Source: Deltaproteobacteria bacterium (GTDB lineage Bacteria > Myxococcota > JACRCW01). From it: DNA of 34,288 nt. The stretch is from NCBI GenBank assembly GCA_016218805.1, contig JACRCW010000116.1:1-34288 (forward strand). The letters run 5' to 3'. The notes under the pieces were generated by a model. The model was not told the origin of the DNA, did no database searches, and was given only the letters and a program-made list of their open reading frames with translations. A program made the translations under genes and the position numbers. Below, one piece after another: positions 27,715 through 34,288 of the stretch. Position 1 is the first letter of the stretch. Every line of letters starts with the position of its first letter.

Positions 27715-28017
27715 TCACAGCCGGTAGAAGCGGCGGCGCCGGAACTGCGGGCCCGCCGTGTCCACGCGGTACTTGAAGTACTTCATGCGTTTGAGCAGTT
27801 CGTCAAAGCTGTGGCAGTCCGCCAGCCCCTTGCGCACATCCGGCTCCCACTCCGTGGACAGGCACTGGCCGGCGGCGTACGCGCAGGGAACGGCGTCGTC
27901 GGTGCCTTCAACCGTTGGGGTGACTTCGCCTGGTTCCGCGCGCAGGACGGCAACAAGGATCTGCCCCTTGTACAGCCAGGCGGTCCGGACGGTGGTGGGC
28001 GGAACGGGCGGGGCCAC
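27715..28017 (-). CDS. Hypothetical protein
   Basis: 100-aa ORF with globular composition (RTAWLYKGQILVAVL...CHSFDELLKRMKYFKY). Confidence 0.65.
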   Translation of the reverse strand: MAPPVPPTTVRTAWLYKGQILVAVLRAEPGEVTPTVEGTDDAVPCAYAAGQCLSTEWEPDVRKGLADCHSFDELLKRMKYFKYRVDTAGPQFRRRRFYRL

Positions 28018-28190
28018 GTCGTCACGCTAGCATGGTGGAGGGGCGGCGGCGGCTCAGGACAGGTTCCCGGGGGGGGCGGCGAGCTTGCGCGCTGTGACGC
28101 CGCCTCGCCTTGGGCGAGGACCAGGCTCCCAGGTGGCGTCCGCCAAAGGCGCCGCCCAAACGCGCGAAACCCAGCGGCGGGAACACGTAC

Positions 28191-28667
28191 TCAGGACGGC
28201 TGGCAGCGCGGGAAGGAGGTGTCATCACCCAGCGCCTGCCGGCAGGCGGACACGTCACCCACCTGCACCACGTCCTCCGCGGCGGCGCATGCCTCGCTGC
28301 CCGCGCACCAGCGGTTATCATCCGGTCCGCACACCTTCGCCCGCAGCGTGTCGCAGTCATCCGGCAGGTCCAGGGCCGCGTTCTGCGCGCCGCCCGAGCC
28401 CGGAGGCGCCGCACGCGCGGTGGCGCAGTCCTCGTAGCTGGCGTTGGCCAGGTGTTCCGGGCAGCGGGCGGGTTCGTACGTCGCCGTCAGGCGCGCGCTG
28501 TCGCACGCTGCCGTGCCCTCACAACTGGGCCCGGCGTCCGGAGCCCCGCACACGCGGGCAACCAGCGTGGCACACGGGTCCTGACCCCCGTCCGCACCGC
28601 CCAGGCCAGAGGCGCACCGCACCGCACCCAACAACACCCCCAGCAGCACCACCAGGCGGAGGACCAT
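28191..28667 (-). CDS. Exported Cys-rich repeat protein (paralog A)
   Basis: Signal/lipoprotein-like N-terminus MVLRLVVLLGVLLGAVRC; two CxxLxxxVCG repeats; ends CRQALGDDTSFPRCQPS. Confidence 0.75.
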   Translation of the reverse strand: MVLRLVVLLGVLLGAVRCASGLGGADGGQDPCATLVARVCGAPDAGPSCEGTAACDSARLTATYEPARCPEHLANASYEDCATARAAPPGSGGAQNAALDLPDDCDTLRAKVCGPDDNRWCAGSEACAAAEDVVQVGDVSACRQALGDDTSFPRCQPS

Positions 28668-28707
28668 GACGCGCCAAGCTAGCCCGGCCCCGACGGCTTG
28701 TCCCGGA

Positions 28708-29208
28708 TCAGGGGCAGCGCGGGAATGACGTGTCGTCATCCAGCGCCTGGCGGCACGACTCGGCCACGCGGGAATCGCGGATGTCCACCGCGTCCGCGCA
28801 CACGGGTGCTTCCGCGCAGCCGCCGTCCCCCGCGGTGCCGCACACCTTGCTGACCAGCGCCGTGCAGGACGGGGGAACCACGGACGGCGCGGCCACCCCG
28901 CCGTCCCCATCCATCTGCATGGGGTAGGCGGCACATGCCGGGTACTGGAGGTCGTCCGCGGCCAGTGCGGCGCAGCGCTCCCGGCGGTGGGCCGCGTTGA
29001 GGCGCGCGCTGTCGCACGCGGGGCCCGTACACGCGGTGGTCACGCCGTCACCGCAGGTCTTGGTCACCAGGGCCCGGCACGGGTCGGCTTCGCGGGCACC
29101 TCCCTGGTCACCCGTCCCCGCCGCCTCTCCGGCCGTACCGCAGCCGGACCCGTCACCGGCGGCTCCGGAGAGCAGCAGCACCAGCAGCGCGAAAGTGGGA
29201 GCCCGCAC
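28708..29208 (-). CDS. Exported Cys-rich repeat protein (paralog B)
   Basis: Signal peptide; two CxALVxKxCG repeats; shares ACDSARL with paralog A; ends CRQALDDDTSFPRCP. Confidence 0.75.
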   Translation of the reverse strand: MRAPTFALLVLLLSGAAGDGSGCGTAGEAAGTGDQGGAREADPCRALVTKTCGDGVTTACTGPACDSARLNAAHRRERCAALAADDLQYPACAAYPMQMDGDGGVAAPSVVPPSCTALVSKVCGTAGDGGCAEAPVCADAVDIRDSRVAESCRQALDDDTSFPRCP

Positions 29209-29237
29209 GGTGGAGGGACTATAACCCCGCCCAAGGC

Positions 29238-30092
29238 ATGCCGTCCGCCACGCTGCTCCTGCTCCTGAACGTCCTGGCCGCCGGGGAGACGGCGGGCACG
29301 GGCAAGGACATCACGGTGGCCATCTTTGAGCTGCGCGCGCGCGGCCTGAGTGACCGCGCGGCGGACGCGCTGCTGGACGTGGTCAGCGAAGAAGTGGCCA
29401 AGGTGCCCGGCCTCAAGGTGCTCAGCCGCAAGGACATCCAGGCCATCCTCACCGAGGAGTCCCGCAAGCAGCTTTCCGGGTGTGATTCGTCCAGCTGCCT
29501 GAGCGAGCTGGCCGGCGCGCTCAACGCGGAGTGGCTGGTCACCGGCGAGGCGGCCCGGCTGGGCGAGGGCACGCTGCTGACCCTGCAGCTCATCAACCAC
29601 CGCTACGCGAACGTGATGAACCGGGTGAGCGTGCTGTGGAAGGGGCCACAGGAGGACCTGCCGGACGTCACGCGCGCGGCCAGCCAGCTGCTGGCGCTGC
29701 CGGCGGAGCACCGCAGCCCCGGGAAGCTCAAGGTGGAGGGCGCCCCGGGCGGCGCCACGCTGTCCATTGATGAGAAACCCGTGCCGGGTCTGACCGTGGA
29801 CGCGCTGGAGGTGGGCGTGCACACCGCGCGCGTGGCGGCGGACGGGCACGAGGACCGCGAGATCCCATTTGTGGTCCTGAGCGGGAAGAAGGTGACGCTC
29901 AACGGGCGGCTGGCCAGCATCCCGGTGTTCCGGCGCCCGTGGTTCTGGGGGCTGTCCGCGGTGGGCGTGGGCGCGGTGGCCACGCTGGCCGCCGTGGTGG
30001 TGGGCGGGGTGCCGCTGGTGCTGGTGGTGTGGAACACGGGTGGAGCCAGCGTGCGGTCCCGCAGCGCGGCGCCGCCGGTGGGAGGGAGCTGA
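29238..30092 (+). CDS. PEGA-domain protein with TolB-N/CsgG-like N-terminal domain
   Basis: Signal peptide; QLSGCDSSSCLSELAGALNAEWLVTG; APGGATLSID...GVHTARVAADGHE PEGA; RRPWFWG + TM helix. Confidence 0.8.
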   Translation: MPSATLLLLLNVLAAGETAGTGKDITVAIFELRARGLSDRAADALLDVVSEEVAKVPGLKVLSRKDIQAILTEESRKQLSGCDSSSCLSELAGALNAEWLVTGEAARLGEGTLLTLQLINHRYANVMNRVSVLWKGPQEDLPDVTRAASQLLALPAEHRSPGKLKVEGAPGGATLSIDEKPVPGLTVDALEVGVHTARVAADGHEDREIPFVVLSGKKVTLNGRLASIPVFRRPWFWGLSAVGVGAVATLAAVVVGGVPLVLVVWNTGGASVRSRSAAPPVGGS

Positions 30093-30093
30093 G

Positions 30094-31560
30094 GTGCGGG
30101 CCACGGCGCTGGTGCGGTGGGTGTGCGGCGGTGCGCTGCTGGCGCTGGCGGCGTGTGCGCCCCGGGACAGCGGACCGCTGCAGCCGTGCGACGTCACGCC
30201 GCTGCCGGACGCGCTCAATGACGTCCTCCCCATTGACGCGCAGGTGCAGCTGCGCGCCACCTTCTATGTCTTCCGCGGGGGCTGCCCCGCGCCGGGGGCC
30301 GAGGACAGTGCGGACCCGGTGTCCACCGACGGCGTGGACGTGCAGGGCGGCGTGGTGGAGTTTTCTGTGGCCGTCCCGTTCAGGGAGGTCATGCGCCCGC
30401 CGCTGGGTCCGCGCGCCGAGTACTGCGCCCGCGTGGTCTACACCGCCGCCGGCCCCGAACAGGACACGGGGCATTGGTCCGCGTGGAAGCGCGCCGCGTT
30501 TGACGGGCTGCGCGTGGGCCACCAGGACAGCGTGCAGCCGTTCCGCCTGCGCCCCTACGGCTCAGACTGCGTGACGCTGGGCAGTCTGCAGGGCGGCGGC
30601 GCGGACGCGGACCCCGCGCTGTTTGATGCTGACCATGATGGCATTCCCAACCTGCGCGAACTGCAACTGGCCCTGCGCCCCACCCAGCCGGACTCGCTGC
30701 AACTGGTCAAGGGGGACCCGCCGGAACCCCGCGAGCGGCGCCTGGCCGCGGTGAATGCGCCCTTTGGCATGGACCCGGGTCCGGACGCGGGCGCCTTTGC
30801 CAGCGAAGGTCCGGCACGCACGCTGGCGGTGGGCGAGCTGGTGGTGGACGAGACCGAGGTCACCAACCGGCAGTACCGCGTGTGCATGGGCCTGCCCGGC
30901 CCCGCGGTGGACGGCGGCGTGGGCTGGGCGTGCGCCGCCCCCAAGCTGATGGTCTACGAGAACGCGGAGCCGCGGCTGGTGAGCCCGGCGTTCGCGCGGC
31001 ATCCGGTGGTGGGCGTCAGCCAGGAGCAGGCCGCGCGCTTCTGCGCCGCCCGCGGTGCGCGCCTGCCCACGGAGGTGGAATGGGAGCGCGCCGCGCGGGT
31101 GGACCTGGCCGGCGCACAGGGCCCGGACACGCCCTACCCGTGGGGCTTCTTCACCCCGGACCTGGTGGATGGGCACAACGACTGCGCGCTGGGCGTGTTC
31201 ACGCTGTATTCGGGGGACCTGCCCATCCCGTGTGATGGCAGCTCCCGGCAGGACGCGGCGGCCGTCATCACCCCGCAGGGCGACCTGGTGCGCGCCGCGC
31301 AGAACAATGGCCTGGTGGACCTGGCGGGCAACGTGGCGGAGTGGACCGCGGACCACTACACGCGGGACCTGCACGAATGGCTGCAGACCCAGGCGCCGCC
31401 CTACGTGAACCCGGATGGCGGGCACCTGTTCTCGGTGCGGGGGGGTTCGTTCCGTTCCGGCGTGCGGTTTGTGCGCACCTATGCCCGCGCCGGCGTGGAC
31501 GACGAGGCCTCCACGTACGAGGAGACGCTGCGCGCGGTGGGGTTCCGGTGCGTGCGGTGA
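30094..31560 (+). CDS. Lipoprotein with C-terminal formylglycine-generating-enzyme-family (SUMF1/EgtB/PvdO) domain
   Basis: Lipobox LAAC; DETEVTNRQY, HPVVGVS, RLPTEVEWERAAR, DLAGNVAEWTAD, RGGSF, GFRC; DADHDG Ca-binding-like motif. Confidence 0.88.
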   Translation: MRATALVRWVCGGALLALAACAPRDSGPLQPCDVTPLPDALNDVLPIDAQVQLRATFYVFRGGCPAPGAEDSADPVSTDGVDVQGGVVEFSVAVPFREVMRPPLGPRAEYCARVVYTAAGPEQDTGHWSAWKRAAFDGLRVGHQDSVQPFRLRPYGSDCVTLGSLQGGGADADPALFDADHDGIPNLRELQLALRPTQPDSLQLVKGDPPEPRERRLAAVNAPFGMDPGPDAGAFASEGPARTLAVGELVVDETEVTNRQYRVCMGLPGPAVDGGVGWACAAPKLMVYENAEPRLVSPAFARHPVVGVSQEQAARFCAARGARLPTEVEWERAARVDLAGAQGPDTPYPWGFFTPDLVDGHNDCALGVFTLYSGDLPIPCDGSSRQDAAAVITPQGDLVRAAQNNGLVDLAGNVAEWTADHYTRDLHEWLQTQAPPYVNPDGGHLFSVRGGSFRSGVRFVRTYARAGVDDEASTYEETLRAVGFRCVR

Positions 31561-31692
31561 AGCTGCGCTGACCCGTGGTGGCGCGCGGAGCGCCCGTCCC
31601 TCACCGCAGCCCGTCGGTGACCGCGCCTCACGCGGGCACGGTGGTGCCGTGGACGTGGAGCCGGACCCGCCCGGCTGGGGCGTTGATCGCTA

Positions 31693-32016
31693 TCAGGCTG
31701 CGGCCCTGGGATGCGTCGTCGCGCGAAGGTGCATGCCGAGCGCTTCGACCACGCGAAGAATCGTATCGAAGCGCGTCTTCGCCCCAGGGGTCAGCGCCTT
31801 GTAGAGGCTCTCGCGCCCGAGTCCAGAGCGCTTTGCAAGCTGGGCCATGCCGCGGGCACGAGCCACATGGTTCAAGGCAGCAATGAGAAGATCGGGATCA
31901 CCGTCTTCGAGTGCGGCGCTGATGTACTCCGCAATGGCAGTGTTGGACGTGAGGTATTTGGCCGGATCGAACGGGGCCAGCTTGGTCTTCTTCGGAGAGC
32001 GCTTGCGAGTGGTCAT
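31693..32016 (-). CDS. Addiction-module antidote protein (HI1420/HigA-like HTH)
   Basis: FDPAKYL...EYISAALEDGDP...VARARGMAQLAKRSGLGRESLYKAL...FDTILRVVEALG; GAGGAGG RBS. Confidence 0.92.
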   Translation of the reverse strand: MTTRKRSPKKTKLAPFDPAKYLTSNTAIAEYISAALEDGDPDLLIAALNHVARARGMAQLAKRSGLGRESLYKALTPGAKTRFDTILRVVEALGMHLRATTHPRAAA

Positions 32017-32216
32017 GGCTGGTCCTCCTCATTCAGGTTCTTCGCCAGGGTCTTTGCGCGCAGGATGTCCCGCGCTTGGGGTTGCTTGTCGCCGCCGGCA
32101 AGCAGGACGACGACGACCCGCTTTCGCATGGTGAAGTACAGGCGGTAGCCCGGACCGTAGGCACGTCGGAGTTCGGAACACGCGGTCACCGACGCTCTCG
32201 TGGTCACGTCGTACAC
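32013..32216 (-). pseudogene. Internally deleted RelE/HigB-type addiction-module killer gene (HI1419-like)
   Basis: C-terminal half is intact (SELR..YGPGYRLYF...LLAGGDK..Q.RDI..AK), but only ~13 residues precede it and the N-terminal helices are missing. Confidence 0.75.
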
Positions 32217-32224
32217 ACGGGGGA

Positions 32225-32251
32225 TGTATCCGATCAGATACAGACAGTCAA
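32225..32251 (-). promoter_or_regulatory. Sigma70-like promoter with palindromic operator of the TA operon
   Basis: Minus strand TTGACT (32246-32251), then the 18-bp near-perfect palindrome TGTATCTGATCGGATACA (32225-32242) overlapping the -10 position. Confidence 0.6.
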
Positions 32252-32523
32252 AGCGCTGCGTCTCGCGCGGATGGTTGCGAGGTGCAGGCCGGCAAGGGCA
32301 TCAAGCGGCTCATTCGCAGGTGCCGGTGCCGCCGTCCGGGTGGGGCATTCCGCGGCGTCCGGTTCATGCTGCTGCGGTACGGCCGCGTCCCCCTCCGGCC
32401 AGGTGAGCGGCAGGCTCCCGTCAAAGGGCAAACCCGTGGTGTAGCCGGCGTCCGTGCCCTGGCGCTGAAGGGGACCCAATCGCCGCGCTCATTGCGCGGG
32501 TGTGTCCCACACCGTCAACGGCG

Positions 32524-32671
32524 GCCCCCCCACCCCAGCCCTCCCCCCGCCCGCGCTGGTCGACGTCACCCAGGCGGGGGGAGGGAGCACGGCGGGACCC
32601 CCTCCCCCCGTCGTCGCAAGCGATGGATGGATGGCGTCAGTGGCGACGGGGGGAGGGATGGGGTGGGGGGC
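32524..32671. repeat. REP/MITE-like composite palindromic element
   Basis: Outer ~25-bp inverted repeats GCCCCCC(C)ACCCCA(G/T)CCCTCCCCCCG enclosing two inner CCCTCCCCCCG...CGGGGGGAGGG hairpins. Confidence 0.7.
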
Positions 32672-32821
32672 TCACGGAGTTGACCAAGCGGGACACACCC
32701 GCAGACGTGCGCGCCATTGCGGGTCCCCGCAAGCGCCGGGACACCTTGGGCGCGCGCCCCACCCTCCCCGCATGCTCTTGGGGTTGCTGGGCTTTCCCGT
32801 TGGGGCCGCACGGCTGCTAGG

Positions 32822-33772
32822 GTGGCCCGCGTGAAGCTGTTTGAGGCCGGCACACCCACCCTGCACCTGCGGGAACTCGCCGAAGCGGAAGCGCTGCGGG
32901 CGCGCCGCATTGAGAGCGTCTACCACGCGGGTCAGGCCAAGGCGTGGGACGGGCGGCAGGTGCTCCAGGACGCCTATGCGCTCTACCCGCGTGACGGGGC
33001 GCGCCTGGGTGACGCGGAAAAGCGCGCGCTGGCCGGCGTGTTCTCCGTGCTGATGTGGGGCGAACTGGCCGCGTGGCGCGTGAGTGCCCAGCTGGTGGAG
33101 CTGCTGGAGGATCCCGCCATGCGCCTGGCGGCGACGGGCCAGACACACGACGAGGCCCGCCACTACTACGTGCTGCATGACTACCTGCGCGACCTGGCCG
33201 TTGAGGTGCCGCCGCTGGACGCCTTCACGCGCACCTTCCTCAACGCGTGCCTGGCGGCGCCGCTGCCGTTGCAGAAAGTGGTGGGCATGCAGCTGCTGGT
33301 GGAGACCATTGCGCTCACCATCTTCAAGATGGTGCGCGAGGTGGACGTGGACCCCGCGCTCAGCCACCTGCTGACGTTCTATGAGCGTGACGAGGCGCGC
33401 CATGTCGGGTTCGGCGTGCAGGCGGCGCCGGTGCTGATGGCGCAGGCATCCGCGCTGGAACGGGCGCGCCTGCTGGCGTTTGAGGGCAAGGTGCTGTCCG
33501 CCATGCTGCTGTCCGTCAAGAACGTGGAAGAGGACCTGCGCCGCGTGGGGGCGGACCCCCGCGCGCTGCTGGAGGACGGGGCGCGGCGCTTTGCCCAGAT
33601 CCTGGCTGACTACCGCGCCCTGGCGGGCAACACCTCCCCCGAGGGGCGGGTGCTGGCGCGCCTGTTTGACGCCATGATGGACGGCGTCTTCCCGACGGAC
33701 CGTGCGCGCGGTGTGGGCGGGCGGGCCAAGGATGCGTGGGCGGCGTTGTGGCGCCCCTCCCGGCTGGGCTGA
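32822..33772 (+). CDS. Ferritin-like diiron protein (AurF-like / carboxylate-bridged diiron family)
   Basis: Ligand pattern E(WGE)...DEARH...E(VET)...DEARH; start GTG 32822 or 32831. Confidence 0.85.
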   Translation: MARVKLFEAGTPTLHLRELAEAEALRARRIESVYHAGQAKAWDGRQVLQDAYALYPRDGARLGDAEKRALAGVFSVLMWGELAAWRVSAQLVELLEDPAMRLAATGQTHDEARHYYVLHDYLRDLAVEVPPLDAFTRTFLNACLAAPLPLQKVVGMQLLVETIALTIFKMVREVDVDPALSHLLTFYERDEARHVGFGVQAAPVLMAQASALERARLLAFEGKVLSAMLLSVKNVEEDLRRVGADPRALLEDGARRFAQILADYRALAGNTSPEGRVLARLFDAMMDGVFPTDRARGVGGRAKDAWAALWRPSRLG

Positions 33773-33857
33773 CACTTGCCCCTGCGCCTTCGGCAACCCT
33801 AGAGTCAGCGCGGGTGGGACGCGTCGCCCGCGCAATTGGCTTGGAGCTTCTGACCAG

Positions 33858-34288
33858 ATGATCACGGGCTTCAACCACAACATCAAGTACAAGGACTGCA
33901 TCTACCACGTGCAGACCGAAGACAGCGGACTGCGCAATCCGCACGTCATCACGCACCTTTTTGTGGGCGGCAACATCATTGCCACCAAGAAGGCGGACTA
34001 CGCCCACCTGCTCAACGAGCCGCCGGACAAGCAGCCGGAGAAGATCCGCAAGCTGATGGAGGAGCAGCACAAGGCGATGCTGCGGTCCCTCATCAACGGG
34101 AAGTTTGACAACGCGCTGAACACCGAGGGCGCGCACCACCTGGAGGGCCCCGCGCCGCTCAACGTGTCCGCGGAAGTGCTGGCGCGGACCGGCGGCAGCG
34201 GCAACAAGGCGCGCGCCGAGGCCCCGCGGCCACCCGCGCCGGCCCCCACGCCAGCGCGCGCCGCGCCCCCGCCCCCGGCCGCGGCCGC
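33858..34288 (+). CDS. Conserved myxobacterial protein, probably RomY-like (MglB GAP cofactor); runs off the window
   Basis: Not in the ORF track because it has no stop. GGAG RBS; MITGFNHNIKYKDCIYHVQTEDSGLRNPHVITHLFVGGNIIATKK...LMEEQHKAMLRSLINGKFD followed by a Pro/Ala linker; the RomY assignment is from memory. Confidence 0.7.
   Translation, partial: MITGFNHNIKYKDCIYHVQTEDSGLRNPHVITHLFVGGNIIATKKADYAHLLNEPPDKQPEKIRKLMEEQHKAMLRSLINGKFDNALNTEGAHHLEGPAPLNVSAEVLARTGGSGNKARAEAPRPPAPAPTPARAAPPPPAAA

Noticed and set aside
31560..32700. Prophage or IS element around the TA module
   Set aside because: No integrase, transposase, phage gene or flanking direct repeats could be identified

Overview
Very GC-rich bacterial chromosomal window. 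Gene content (DUF2378, DUF4388/J-like, PEGA, FHA-TPR, RomY-like, SctJ/FliG-like and many Cys-rich lipoproteins) points to Myxococcota or a related deltaproteobacterium. About 33 credible CDSs cover housekeeping and envelope functions: RNase R-family nuclease, FabX-like flavoenzyme, YfhL ferredoxin, ComEA, GlgA-like glycosyltransferase, methyltransferase, HAD phosphatase, porin + YfiR-like protein, FGE-domain lipoprotein and a ferritin-like diiron protein. No rRNA, tRNA, CRISPR array or integrase was seen. Best candidates for novelty: (1) an unannotated ~135-nt minus-strand sRNA with a sigma54-like promoter, two long hairpins with poly-C loops and a U8 terminator; (2) a stand-alone SctJ + FliG-like gene pair with no other secretion or flagellar genes nearby; (3) a lipoprotein fusing a YceI-like domain to three c-type heme domains; (4) a GlgA homolog with eroded catalytic motifs; (5) window-wide TCGA avoidance that marks a decayed HigBA-type module as foreign DNA. 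All family calls come from motif recognition by eye, not database searches.
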